Assembly: GCA_000404785.1 (NCBI GenBank)
Contig: ASNI01000004.1
Location: 4,047 to 68,046 of the forward strand
Reading direction: 5' to 3'
Origin: Cloacimonetes bacterium SCGC AAA252-N17
GTDB taxonomy: Bacteria > Cloacimonadota > Cloacimonadia > JGIOTU-2
DNA: 64,000 bases
Positions within the stretch are counted from its first letter, which is position 1; every line of letters starts with the position of its first letter. Below, piece by piece: positions 9,363 to 21,563 of the stretch. Below the pieces are notes generated by a model. The model worked only from the letters and a program-made list of their open reading frames with translations, was not told the DNA's origin and made no database searches. Both the position numbers and the translations under genes were made by a program.

Positions 9363-10850
9363 TTATACGGACAATTCCCTCTCGTGATCTTTGACCACGT
9401 ATTCAAAAAGCTCTTTTCCAAAATCCGAAACCACAGTCACTTTTTCAAAGTCGATATCAACATTGTTGAGATATTGTAATCTTAGAACATCTCCGTCAAA
9501 CATTTCAGGAATAATACCAGCAAAGAAAAAACCTTTCATTTCCAGAGGTGCACAAATACGCTGCACCATCGGGTGGTTGAGAGGAAGATCAACGTAGATG
9601 CAATCGATCTTTTGTAAGCATAGTTCGCGTAGCCGAAATCCGATGAGTTCCACAACATCTTTACCGAATTGCGAAACTTTCATAAACGCTCTGCCGGGTT
9701 CAGTTTGTACTTTTACATCAATCTGTGATTTTTCATCAATATTCTGTGAAATATTCTTCTCTGTTGCTTTTTCTATCTTCCTATTCAATCCACTCATTTC
9801 ATATATCTTTTTTATCATTGCTTTATGATGAAAGGGCAGATACACTTTTTTCTGCTCTTCTTCTTTCAGCTTGAGATAGAAGAGAACTGTTGTCTGGCGT
9901 TTGGTTCTTTGCTGCTTTTCGATTTTTTTGAAAAACATAGTCGATGGAGTGAACCCGATCAGAAAACCTGTTTCATGAGCGCCAAGTGAGATATTCCCTT
10001 TTTGTGTATAGGGATGAACTGCAACCGCTTCACTGTACATGCCCGCCATATTTCTTTTCTTTGCATAATCAATAAGGAAGAGTTTTGTTTTTTTGAATAT
10101 CCCATGTCCTCGATACCTGGGATCGACGACAGCCATTCCTGTTTCACCGATCTTTGCTTTTGGGGAATCCAGCATCATTGCAAGATGACCAACCAACTCT
10201 CCCTCGGGATTTAAAACTACGCAGGAATGAAGTAATTTACTTTTGATGAGCTCCTTTACTTTCCCCGGATAATAAACAAAATCATTACCATAAGAATATC
10301 CGTATGACCGATACATACATTGAGCCATTGGCACAGCATCATCAGCGGTCATCAAGCGGTAGGTGAGTTCGACTTCTTTTTTATCTGATGGAGCTTCCTC
10401 TTTTTCTTCCCGAAATTCGTCGAATTCAGTGATATTTTTATAGGGAAGATTTTTTACTAATACTACTTCTTTGCCGTCACGACCGAGATTGACAAAATGA
10501 ATTTCGTCGGCAAATGCCTTCATCAGGACCATACCCAATCCCGAATTTTCGCCTGGTTTTATTTTTTGGAAATCAAAAGGAAGTCCTTTATCTCTGATGG
10601 AAATTACTAGCTGTCCCGGCTTGCGGATTATAATGATCTCGAAATTCCCTTTTTCATCTTCATCAAAAGCATGTTCGATGACGTTCAAGCTCGCTTCTTC
10701 CACGATAAGTTCGAGTTTTTGGGCATCTTCTTTTGGCAGTCCAACAACGGTCGCAATATCCTGAATGAAATCCATTGCAAGTGGTAAATATTTCTTATCA
10801 GCGACGAGGGTTAACTTTGCCAGTTGTGTTTCATAAGAAAGTTTTTCCAT
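9363..10850 (-). CDS. Fusion protein: an RsbW-like anti-sigma regulatory factor / HATPase domain joined to a GNAT acetyltransferase domain and a C-terminal domain of unknown function
   Basis: The N-terminal roughly 135 aa resemble serine-kinase anti-sigma factors (LELIVEEASLNVIEHAF...GLGMVLMKAFADEIHF). The middle region has a GNAT core (VVLNPEGELVGHLAMM...VVDPRYRGHGIFKK). The gene is co-oriented and co-transcribed, by position, with the acyl-CoA ligase. Confidence 0.6.
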   Translation of the reverse strand: MEKLSYETQLAKLTLVADKKYLPLAMDFIQDIATVVGLPKEDAQKLELIVEEASLNVIEHAFDEDEKGNFEIIIIRKPGQLVISIRDKGLPFDFQKIKPGENSGLGMVLMKAFADEIHFVNLGRDGKEVVLVKNLPYKNITEFDEFREEKEEAPSDKKEVELTYRLMTADDAVPMAQCMYRSYGYSYGNDFVYYPGKVKELIKSKLLHSCVVLNPEGELVGHLAMMLDSPKAKIGETGMAVVDPRYRGHGIFKKTKLFLIDYAKKRNMAGMYSEAVAVHPYTQKGNISLGAHETGFLIGFTPSTMFFKKIEKQQRTKRQTTVLFYLKLKEEEQKKVYLPFHHKAMIKKIYEMSGLNRKIEKATEKNISQNIDEKSQIDVKVQTEPGRAFMKVSQFGKDVVELIGFRLRELCLQKIDCIYVDLPLNHPMVQRICAPLEMKGFFFAGIIPEMFDGDVLRLQYLNNVDIDFEKVTVVSDFGKELFEYVVKDHERELSV

Positions 10851-10962
10851 GTGCGTCCTTATGTGATTTTTAGAAAGCGTGTAAATTATTGCTCAATAGG
10901 GAGGTAGCGCGTCAAGAAAATCCGATAATTAAAATAAATCTCAATTCCGCAAACCAATATCC

Positions 10963-11139
10963 CTAATTCTTTTTCTTTCTATTCGTCTGAAATCCTGCCG
11001 CAGTTCCGATCAAAGCTCCAATAACTACGGGGCTGGCAAACGCATCCTGCCGGTCCGGTCCAATAAATATCTTAGCGATAATTGCTCCGACAATAAGCCC
11101 GGAAATCAGACCAATAAAAATACTTAAAACTCTTTTCAT
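10963..11139 (-). CDS. Small hypothetical membrane protein (58 aa)
   Basis: This ORF is below the track's size cutoff. Minus-strand translation gives MKRVLSIFIGLISGLIVGAIIAKIFIGPDRQDAFASPVVIGALIGTAAGFQTNRKKKN, which has two hydrophobic segments and a basic tail. Confidence 0.35.
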   Translation of the reverse strand: MKRVLSIFIGLISGLIVGAIIAKIFIGPDRQDAFASPVVIGALIGTAAGFQTNRKKKN

Positions 11140-11402
11140 TTTTGCCCCTTTTGAATATTCAATAATTTTTTTACTTCACCCGCTGCCTTATAAAATTTTT
11201 TCGGCATTTTAATGCGCCAATCCTTCATTCCATCGAGAAGAATAATAGCGACCCTTTTTGCAGATATTATTTTGATGAAATCACCATATTCGATCTGGCT
11301 TGTATATCTCACAGAGCTGTTATTATCCTAAGAAACCAGAGATTCTACCAGAGATGGTGCAACCACAGTAGTGTCATTAAGCACGAAATAAAGCAACAGT
11401 TC

Positions 11403-11696
11403 TTAATTAAAGGGTTCATTCTTTTCTAGAGTATAAATGAAACTTACTGGATCATTTGGTTGTGCTTTCCTGCTGGTTCGTACGATGAAATCTATGCTTA
11501 ATTTAATTCCATCATCTTTCCACTCGATCGGATGCACAGAATACTGATTTGTATTTTCAGAGAGAAAGAAAACTTCAACGTATTTTCCAGTAGTAACGCC
11601 GGGTATTAAACTTGTTCTTGAAGCGCATTGGGTGAGTACAAATATGCTGATCAATACTAATAAAACTAAAAAAAGTTTTGAAGAATTGATTTGCAT
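11403..11696 (-). CDS. Hypothetical lipoprotein
   Basis: Signal peptide with a lipobox: MQINSSKLFLVLLVLISIFVLTQC. Confidence 0.5.
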   Translation of the reverse strand: MQINSSKLFLVLLVLISIFVLTQCASRTSLIPGVTTGKYVEVFFLSENTNQYSVHPIEWKDDGIKLSIDFIVRTSRKAQPNDPVSFIYTLEKNEPFN

Positions 11697-11748
11697 TTAT
11701 TTTTATTTGAAATTGTATACAGGAAGCGTCAAGAAATTTATGAAGGAG

Positions 11749-13056
11749 TTATTTTGTAAAATCCTCAAGCGCCTTCCATGTAGCATCATAATTTGCACCG
11801 GCATTCCAGAAAAGGAATCCTGCCTTCAGTCCTGCATCCTTTACCGCCTGCATCTGCGCAGAAATAGTAAAAGGATCAACTGAATCATGATACAATGAAA
11901 AGGATTCAAGATAGGGAATGATCTTGCTATCGTCCTCGATTTCATCTTTTAGCACACTACACATTCTATAAATGAAATAATATGGCTCTTTCCCCGGATT
12001 TGCTTTTCCCCAGAATTCCCCATAAAAATGTGACGGATAGATCATGGGATGAATTCTATCCAAATAGGGCATTATCATTCTAATATCCTGTCCCGTATTC
12101 TGCACATCTTCAGGATGCTGGAGCGCTACTATTCCAAAAATATCAGCGGAGAGCTTAACTCCTTCCTGCCGGGTGATCTCATAAACTTTTGAAATAAAAT
12201 TAGTGATTACATCCTGCTTTGTCAACGAATCAGGAATACCATAATCCGCATCGAGCAGATGTCGCTCAGTCGGGAAGCGTACATAATCAAGCTGTATCTC
12301 ATCCACTCCAAGTGAGATGATCTCTTTTATTATATCAATTTTGTATTGCTGGACTTCGTGATTATTGGGGTTCAACCAGTGCTCTTCATACTTTTTTATA
12401 GATGAAAGGGTGTCTGTTGAATCAGATATAATAACAGGTCGCCATTCAGGATAGTTGTGTGTAAGTGTCGTATCTTTGAAAATCGTAACCCGCGCTATAA
12501 GTTCAATATCGTGTTTATGAAGGAGATTTGCAAGCTTGTGAGGATGGCTGATAATGGGAGTTATCAAACCACTCTCGCGTGCTATTTTATTTTGGGATGA
12601 ATAAAAAAGCGTGCCTGTCACATTTGAAAAATCAACCACCAGCGCATTGCATCCAAGTGTATCAAATTTATTAATGATCCGTTGTAAATTATTTTCATTC
12701 AGGGAATATGTGTTCAGATAAATTCCGCACAGAGAATCATGATGAATTACTTCATTTCTAATAAGTTGAGAACTTGAGGTTGGAATGAGTAAAACCTGAT
12801 TAACATAGATAATATTGGAATCAGAAATACCGTTTGCTCTCTTTATCTGCTCTACAAATTTATTAAGAAAGAGAGTGGGGGATTTATCCAAATATTGTCT
12901 GGCGATCTTGTACAGATTCTCACCTGATCGGACTCTGTGTTCAATGTATGACGTATCTTCTCCTTCTGCAAACAATGTATTATAAAATAGCATCGAGAGA
13001 AAAAGTAATAAGATTATGAATATCGGTTTTTGTTTTTTCAAATTTATCACCTGCAC
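11749..13056 (-). CDS. Secreted LysM-domain protein with a glycoside-hydrolase-like TIM-barrel domain (DUF4015/GHL-type)
   Basis: Signal peptide present. A LysM-like segment (YIEHRVRSGENLYKIARQY) is followed by a roughly 330-aa domain rich in aromatic residues (LDRIHPMIYPSHFYGEFWGK). Confidence 0.5.
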   Translation of the reverse strand: MQVINLKKQKPIFIILLLFLSMLFYNTLFAEGEDTSYIEHRVRSGENLYKIARQYLDKSPTLFLNKFVEQIKRANGISDSNIIYVNQVLLIPTSSSQLIRNEVIHHDSLCGIYLNTYSLNENNLQRIINKFDTLGCNALVVDFSNVTGTLFYSSQNKIARESGLITPIISHPHKLANLLHKHDIELIARVTIFKDTTLTHNYPEWRPVIISDSTDTLSSIKKYEEHWLNPNNHEVQQYKIDIIKEIISLGVDEIQLDYVRFPTERHLLDADYGIPDSLTKQDVITNFISKVYEITRQEGVKLSADIFGIVALQHPEDVQNTGQDIRMIMPYLDRIHPMIYPSHFYGEFWGKANPGKEPYYFIYRMCSVLKDEIEDDSKIIPYLESFSLYHDSVDPFTISAQMQAVKDAGLKAGFLFWNAGANYDATWKALEDFTK

Positions 13057-13067
13057 AAAAAAATAGC

Positions 13068-13104
13068 TATACTCACATATAGCTATTCAAAATTTCTGCG
13101 TCAA
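13068..13104 (-). terminator. Rho-independent terminator of the atp operon
   Basis: On the minus strand the hairpin atagctatatgtgagtatagctat is followed by ttttttt, immediately downstream of the atpC stop codon. Confidence 0.7.
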
Positions 13105-13113
13105 CGAAATCAA

Positions 13114-13533
13114 TTAATGAAATCCTTCTTCGCTAAGCTGAATACGTGCAATTGATCTTTTCAACGCTGCTCCTGCACGGCGAAGATCGGTATCCTCTTT
13201 TTTCTCCTGCAAACGTTTCTCTGCCCGTTCCTTTGCGCGCTCAGCTCTGTTTTGATCAATATCTTCAGGACGCTCGATTATTTCAGTAAAAATTCTTACC
13301 TTATCGACATCAACCATCACAAATCCATTCATTAATGAATAAAGATCCGGTTTTTCATTTCTGTAAATTTTCAAAATGCCTGGTCTTACTGATGATATAA
13401 ATGGGGTGTGCCCGATCAATACGCCGAAATCGCCATCTTTTCCGGGAGCAACAAGCTCGCTTACATCATCCTCAATGAAAATGCCCTTAGGCGTGACGAT
13501 CTTCAGATGGAGCAATTGTGAATTATTAGCCAT
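13114..13533 (-). CDS. atpC: F1 ATP synthase epsilon subunit
   Basis: 139 aa. N-terminal beta-sandwich (LHLKIVTPKGIF...) and a C-terminal helical hairpin. It is the last gene of the atp operon. Confidence 0.9.
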   Translation of the reverse strand: MANNSQLLHLKIVTPKGIFIEDDVSELVAPGKDGDFGVLIGHTPFISSVRPGILKIYRNEKPDLYSLMNGFVMVDVDKVRIFTEIIERPEDIDQNRAERAKERAEKRLQEKKEDTDLRRAGAALKRSIARIQLSEEGFH

Positions 13534-13539
13534 TATTTT

Positions 13540-15918
<2,379 letters not shown>

Positions 15919-15919
<1 letters not shown>

Positions 15920-17637
15920 TACTTACTTTCAACTCCCGCTGAAAGAACCTCATCTTCTTCAATTATTTCTTCGACAATAAGCTGGTGCTCGAAAATTTCT
16001 TTTACTTTCTTTGATAATTCGTGAAGCTTTTTCTCGACTTCTTCGGTCACACCTTTGGGTTTGACCAGTTCTTCCTGTAGCTTTTGGTATTCTTTATCCA
16101 TCAGTTCGAAAAGCTCTGTTTGCACATCCTGGATAATATCAACCGGTAGATTATCGAGGTATCCTTCATAGCCCATGAAAATAATTGCGATCTGCTTGGC
16201 TACAGGAATTGGTTTGTACTGTCCCTGTTTTAGGATCTCAACATATCGATATCCGCGATTGAGTTGATCTTGGGTATCTTTATCAAGTTCTGCTCCAAAT
16301 TTTGCGAAAGCTTCCAGTTCTCTGAATTGTGCAAGTTCGATACGAAGTCTCCCTGCAACCTGCTTCATTGCTTTTATCTGTGCATTACCTCCAACCCTGG
16401 AAACCGAAAGACCTGCATTGATCGCAGGACGCACCCCAGAGTAAAACAGCTTTGATTCAAGATATATCTGACCATCCGTAATTGAAATCACATTTGTAGG
16501 AATGTAGGCAGAAATATCGCTTGCCTGGGTTTCAATTATTGGTAACGCAGTGAGTGAACCACCTGTTTCCGGCAGCTTATACAGCTTATACTTATCTTCA
16601 CCCAATTCTTTGAGATCTTTTTTTAGCTCTTCTGCACTCGATTTGATATGCAGCCGATATTCCTTTTTGTTCACGCCTTCTTTTGCACTCTTTTCATTTT
16701 TAGGTATAATAATATAAACTTCTTCAAGTTTAGATGCTCTCTCCAAAAGTCGTGAATGCAGATAGAATACATCTCCCGGATATGCTTCACGTCCGGGAGG
16801 TCTGCGAAGTAGGAGTGAAATCTGGCGATAGGCAACAGCATGTTTGGAAAGGTCATCATAAACGACAAGAACGTGTTTCCCTCTATCGCGGAAATATTCG
16901 CCTATAGTTACACCGGAGTAAGGAGCAATATATTGGATAGCAGCAGGGTCAGATGCAGTTGCAGAAACAATAATAGTATAGTCCAGCGCACCGTGCTCTT
17001 TCAATGCCTTAACGACATGGGCAACCGATGATCTCTTCTGACCAATTGCTACATAGATACAATAGACATTGGTATCTTTTTGATTTATTATCGTATCAAC
17101 TGCAAGGGCTGTCTTTCCTGTTTGTCTGTCACCAATAATTAGTTCGCGCTGCCCGCGACCAATTGGGATCATTGAATCGATCGCTTTCAGCCCGGACTGC
17201 AACGGTTCTTTCACCGGTTGACGGGCAACCACACCGAGCGCTTTTCTTTCAACAGGCATACTCAGCTTTGTTTTGATCGGCTCTTTTCCATCAAGCGGCA
17301 CGCCAAGCGGATTGACCACTCGTCCAAGCATCGCTTCACCAACAGGAACCTGCACGATCTTCTTAGTCCGTTTGACAATATCACCTTCTTTGATCTTATC
17401 GCCCTCTCCAAGAATGATGCATCCGACGTTATCCTCTTCCAGATTCAGTGCCATACCGTATATTTTATCATTGAAAAGGACGAGTTCCGATGCCATGATA
17501 TCCTGCAAACCATACACACGTGCAATGCCGTCACCGACCTCGATAACTCTGCCGACTTCATCAATATCAACTTTATAGTTATACTTTTCAATTTTTTCTT
17601 TGATTATTCTACTGATTTCATCGGGTTGTATTTTCAT
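15919..17637 (-). CDS. atpA: F1 ATP synthase alpha subunit, with a roughly 60-aa charged C-terminal extension
   Basis: P-loop GDRQTGKT, and 572 aa in length. Confidence 0.92.
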
Positions 17638-17666
17638 AATACTCCTAAAATGATCTGCTTCATATA

Positions 17667-18197
17667 TTAAAACTTCCTTCTCATCGCTTCCAGATTGTTT
17701 CTGACCGATGCATTGATCGCCAGGTTATCATTGTAGGCGAAAAAGCCACCCCTGATGTGCGGATCGATCTTATGCTGAAAAAGTACTTTCCCATCAACAT
17801 ATTTTGAAATAAAAATTTTAATGTTTTCAAGAGTTTTTTCATCAACCTCATGGGCAGTTACAAGTTCAAAATCGAAGATGCCAAGCTTCTGATGTATCTG
17901 TCTGATTATTTCCTTTAGAATGTCTGATATAAAGAAAATTCTTTCCTTCTCGACAAGTACATTCAGAAAATTATGCAGTATATCAGAAGCTTCGAGCTCT
18001 TCAGCAATAAGAGCAATAATCTCCGTTTTATGCTCACCCTCTACAATTGGTGAAACCAAAAATTCTTCAATCTCCGGTTCATCTCTCAGAATGGTTTGCA
18101 AGGCAACGATCTCATTCTCAAAATGTGTTATATCATCCTTCTTAATAAGCTCAAGAATCGCTGATGAGTACCGTCTTGCAATGATATTCTTAATCAA
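17667..18197 (-). CDS. atpH: F1 ATP synthase delta subunit (OSCP)
   Basis: 176 aa and in the expected operon position. N-terminal [16 protein letters not shown], typical of delta subunits. Confidence 0.8.
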   Translation of the reverse strand: MIKNIIARRYSSAILELIKKDDITHFENEIVALQTILRDEPEIEEFLVSPIVEGEHKTEIIALIAEELEASDILHNFLNVLVEKERIFFISDILKEIIRQIHQKLGIFDFELVTAHEVDEKTLENIKIFISKYVDGKVLFQHKIDPHIRGGFFAYNDNLAINASVRNNLEAMRRKF

Positions 18198-18690
18198 CAG
18201 ACGACTCCTTTTTGATGCTCTCTTCTTTTATCATATCGTTAATGAGCTTTATATCTTCATCCTCGGTAAGCTTCTTGCCGATTATTTTATCGGTCAGTTC
18301 GACGACGAAATCTCCGATCTGCGATTGAATGCTTTCTTTTGCTTTATTCACTTCGACATCGATCATTTCCTGGGATTCCTGAATGATAAGGTCCCGCTGC
18401 TCTGCTGCATCATGAAGAATTTGCTCACTCTGTATTTTCGCACTCTTTGTTGCTTCATCACGTATATCTCTGGCTTCCTCTTTTGCTTTTCTGAGTAATT
18501 TTTTTTGCTCTTCAAGAATTTTTTCAGATTTGTCTTTATGCTTTTTTGCGCTCTTGAGATCATTACGTATCTGAGATTCTCTTTTTTGAATAAAATCCAT
18601 GAGCGGCTTATATAAGAGCTTTTTCAGGATAATCAGCAAAATAATGAAATTCACGATCACCAGAATAATCGTATAATCAATACTAACCAT
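18190..18690 (-). CDS. atpF: Fo ATP synthase b subunit
   Basis: An N-terminal TM helix is followed by a long charged coiled coil. Its start overlaps atpH. Confidence 0.85.
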   Translation of the reverse strand: MVSIDYTIILVIVNFIILLIILKKLLYKPLMDFIQKRESQIRNDLKSAKKHKDKSEKILEEQKKLLRKAKEEARDIRDEATKSAKIQSEQILHDAAEQRDLIIQESQEMIDVEVNKAKESIQSQIGDFVVELTDKIIGKKLTEDEDIKLINDMIKEESIKKESSVD

Positions 18691-18723
18691 ACTTAAGACT
18701 CCTTCCCGATATTTCGGGAACGC

Positions 18724-18960
18724 TTACACTGCAAAAATAAGTAACAGGGAAATGACCAGTGAATAAATACCTGTTGATTCGGACACTGCCTGACCTACAA
18801 GCATTGTTCTTGTGATAAGTCCCGCATTTTCTGGAGAACGCGCGATGCCTTCGCATGCCTTTCCTGCAGTAAATCCTTCTCCCAAACCAGGTCCTAAAGC
18901 ACCCATACCCATACAAAGTCCTGCTCCTAAAAGAGCAGCTGCTCTAACGATTTCTGACAT
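18724..18960 (-). CDS. atpE: Fo ATP synthase c subunit (single hairpin) with a Na+-binding signature
   Basis: 78 aa. It has [13 protein letters not shown] in helix 1 and [16 protein letters not shown] in helix 2. This ESTxxY motif plus a helix-1 Glu matches the two-carboxylate Na+ site described for Ilyobacter and Fusobacterium c-rings. Confidence 0.88.
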   Translation of the reverse strand: MSEIVRAAALLGAGLCMGMGALGPGLGEGFTAGKACEGIARSPENAGLITRTMLVGQAVSESTGIYSLVISLLLIFAV

Positions 18961-18981
18961 TTTTCCTCCTATTAAATATGA

Positions 18982-19713
18982 TTATGCCACAAAAATTAAT
19001 AAAAATGCTATAACTAATGAATATATTGATGTTGATTCTGCAACAGCAGCACCCACAAACATTGTTCTTGTTAATAATGGAGATTGTTTAGGAAATTTAC
19101 TTATTGCTTCAACTGCTTTAGCAGCAACCATACCGATCCCAAGTCCAGGACCAAATGTCCCAAAGCCCATAGATAACGCAGCGCCTACCAATGCAAAGGA
19201 TTTTACTATACTATTCCCAGTAGGTGTAGAATATAATAATATCATAGAAATTACCAACGCAAAAATTGCGGATGTTTGAGATAATGCCTGGCCTATTAAC
19301 ATATTTGCAGTAAGCAAATTGGCTTCTCTGGGTTGTCTGCCTATTCCTTTACAAGTTTGTCCACCCGTGTAGCCATTTCCTAAAGCCGGTCCAAGACTTC
19401 CTAGTCCTACTACTAGTCCGGCACCAAAGAGTGATGCAACCATCTGCCATCCACCATCGGAATTAGTTATACCACCAAATAAAAGTAGCATTGCAACAAC
19501 AAGAGAAAAAATAGCACCAGTTTCGGTAAGTGCTTGCCCAATAAGCATAGTTTTCAATAAACTTTCGCTTGCTTTTGGTTGTTGCATTAATGCTTGGGAA
19601 GTATTTGCAGCAATAAACCCTTCACCAACTCCTGCCCCGATCGACGAGATGCCGACTGCGAGACCTGCGCCGAGATAAGCTGCTACGTGTACTAAGCTAA
19701 AAGTATCAAACAT
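18982..19713 (-). CDS. atpE: Fo ATP synthase c subunit in a triplicated, fused form (three hairpins, six TM helices)
   Basis: 243 aa, made of three tandem roughly 80-aa c-subunit repeats. Each has a GxGxGxAxxKA helix 1, a polar loop (QQPKAS, RQPREA, KFPKQS), and a helix 2. The helix-2 carboxylate is present in hairpin 1 (TETG) and hairpin 3 (AESTSIY), but is replaced by Gln in hairpin 2 (LSQTSAIF). Confidence 0.8.
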   Translation of the reverse strand: MFDTFSLVHVAAYLGAGLAVGISSIGAGVGEGFIAANTSQALMQQPKASESLLKTMLIGQALTETGAIFSLVVAMLLLFGGITNSDGGWQMVASLFGAGLVVGLGSLGPALGNGYTGGQTCKGIGRQPREANLLTANMLIGQALSQTSAIFALVISMILLYSTPTGNSIVKSFALVGAALSMGFGTFGPGLGIGMVAAKAVEAISKFPKQSPLLTRTMFVGAAVAESTSIYSLVIAFLLIFVA

Positions 19714-19718
19714 AAGCG

Positions 19719-20555
19719 TTATTTAATTGCTACTGCGGTATATGACAGCACAAGCATTGTGAACACAAATGCCTGAACTGTTCCGATGAACAGGCCAAAA
19801 AACAGATTAAGACCAACCGGAATGAGAATAAAACGTGTGAGATTAGACACAACAAGGATGATGATCGCTCCGCCGAGAATATTTCCGAAAAGACGGAAGG
19901 AGAGTGAAATTCCTTTTGCGAACTCTCCAACAATATTTATGGGCAACATAAAAGCGATCGGTGCTGCAAACTCCTTGAGATATAGACAAATACCCTTTTC
20001 TTTAATGGCTGAATAATGCACAACAATAAGCGCCATTAATCCAAGTCCAAGCGGAACATTCAAATTTCTGGTTGGTTCAAGATTTCCCGGAATGGGAATC
20101 ATACCTACTATATTACACAGCCAAATAAAAACGAAAATTGTAAAAATATATGGGGTGAAATATTTCTTTTTCTCGCCGACCGTTTCAATTACAAGACTGG
20201 AGAAGAAAGAGTATATCATCTCTGCAACAATTTGTAATTTGCCTGGTATGAGGTGCATTTTACGTCTTACGAGTGCTGCGAATAATATCAGGAAAAGATC
20301 AACGAAAAGAATAACGCGCAGGACACTCCAATTTATGGTAAATTTCCCGAAAAGTTTTACCATATGATAGTGCTGGAATTCGTGATTTATCTGCTCCTGA
20401 ATAGATTTTTTGCTCTCGATTGTCCTGATAATGAGTTTGCCGTTATCAAATCCAATCTGCAACTCATGATTAATTCCAATAGATACAATACCCTCAATGA
20501 TGATAATTGCTAAAATGATGAGAAGAATTTTTTTGGACTTTTTTTTCATATACAA
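19719..20555 (-). CDS. atpB: Fo ATP synthase a subunit
   Basis: Has the conserved a-subunit stator-arginine motif GISLSFRLFGNILGG. Polytopic membrane protein. Confidence 0.88.
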   Translation of the reverse strand: MYMKKKSKKILLIILAIIIIEGIVSIGINHELQIGFDNGKLIIRTIESKKSIQEQINHEFQHYHMVKLFGKFTINWSVLRVILFVDLFLILFAALVRRKMHLIPGKLQIVAEMIYSFFSSLVIETVGEKKKYFTPYIFTIFVFIWLCNIVGMIPIPGNLEPTRNLNVPLGLGLMALIVVHYSAIKEKGICLYLKEFAAPIAFMLPINIVGEFAKGISLSFRLFGNILGGAIIILVVSNLTRFILIPVGLNLFFGLFIGTVQAFVFTMLVLSYTAVAIK

Positions 20556-20564
20556 ATTTTAAGA

Positions 20565-20993
20565 TTATTCAGATTCCTGATTATTTTTTCCAGCAAGAAT
20601 ACCATCGATGAGAACGATAGCTGGAGCGATCAGCAAACCCGCAAGAAGAGAAAAGATATTCACTTCTAAAAATTTCACAAAAACTACTACAAATAAAACC
20701 AATATCAAATAGCGGATATAGAAATTCTTGAAAACGCTTAATTTTGCACCTGAGGGGCTGAGACCCACTCGATTTTCTGCACCCTTTGCCTGAAAATAAA
20801 AATTCAAACTTGAAAGAATTGAGCCAAGAAAATAGCCCAACCAAAGCTTCAAGTTTTGTGTGATAAGCAAAAGAGCCGGAATCTCTGTCAAGAAAATTAT
20901 CCCCAAAATATGGTACACGTACTTACGAAAACTACTTGTCTGAATTTTCATTCTTTTTAATGAGTTGATAGCATGAAATTGCGCCCGAAACAA
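20565..20993 (-). CDS. atpI: ATP synthase protein I (AtpI-like); an alternative start is at 20951
   Basis: About 130-140 aa with four hydrophobic segments, located directly upstream of atpB. Confidence 0.6.
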   Translation of the reverse strand: MFRAQFHAINSLKRMKIQTSSFRKYVYHILGIIFLTEIPALLLITQNLKLWLGYFLGSILSSLNFYFQAKGAENRVGLSPSGAKLSVFKNFYIRYLILVLFVVVFVKFLEVNIFSLLAGLLIAPAIVLIDGILAGKNNQESE

Positions 20994-21168
20994 CTCCGCA
21001 AAAGACCCCGATCATTATTGGAATTCCTCCAAGATGCCACTTTTTATCTATAAACAAACCGATAAAGAAAAATATAAGAATGTTGATCACCATTGTGAGA
21101 CCGAGCTGTGCTACAAGCCCGAGCCCTTCAAAAACCTCCTTATAATAGCCCTTATTCTTCAACGACAT
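20932..21168 (-). CDS. atpZ: AtpZ/AtpI-family small membrane protein
   Basis: 78 aa with two TM helices. It is the first gene of the atp cluster. Confidence 0.55.
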   Translation of the reverse strand: MSLKNKGYYKEVFEGLGLVAQLGLTMVINILIFFFIGLFIDKKWHLGGIPIMIGVFCGVVSGAISCYQLIKKNENSDK

Positions 21169-21173
21169 AGAGT

Positions 21174-21563
21174 TTATTTTTCTTTAGCTTTTTTGGTGCT
21201 TTTGGCAGTTTCGACCTGTTTGACACTACAATTCCCGCTGATCTGTGTTCCCGATTCCATAGTAAGGATCTTGGCAATAATGTCACCATTAATTAGCGCT
21301 GAACTTTTTAGTTCTAATTTTTTTTCTATCGTGATATTCCCCTCAACCTTACCTGAAATTACCGCTTCATTGGATTGAATGTCTGCTTTTACGTTTGCCT
21401 TTTCTCCTATAAGTAAAAAGCCATCGCAGATTATCTTTCCATCTACTTCGCCATCAATACGAACGCCACCTTCAGAATGAATTTCTCCATTGAACTTCGT
21501 ATGTTCTCCAATAATAGTATCCAAGTTATTTTCTCCGTTTTTCACCAAAAACCTCCATCTCAT
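21174..21563 (-). CDS. Bactofilin (polymer-forming cytoskeletal protein, CcmA-like)
   Basis: Has the repetitive beta-helical G-x-I/V pattern (GEIHSEGGVRIDGEVDGKIICDG...ISGKVEGNITIEKKLELKSSALINGDI) and a Lys-rich tail. Confidence 0.75.
   Translation of the reverse strand: MRWRFLVKNGENNLDTIIGEHTKFNGEIHSEGGVRIDGEVDGKIICDGFLLIGEKANVKADIQSNEAVISGKVEGNITIEKKLELKSSALINGDIIAKILTMESGTQISGNCSVKQVETAKSTKKAKEK

Noticed and set aside
17218-19279. Plus-strand ORFs inside the atpA, atpH and atpE genes (17218..17670, 17273..17578, 17920..18498, 18812..19279).
   Set aside because: These are antisense shadow ORFs within conserved ATP synthase genes. Their Pro/Ser/Ala-rich translations are typical of reverse-frame artefacts.
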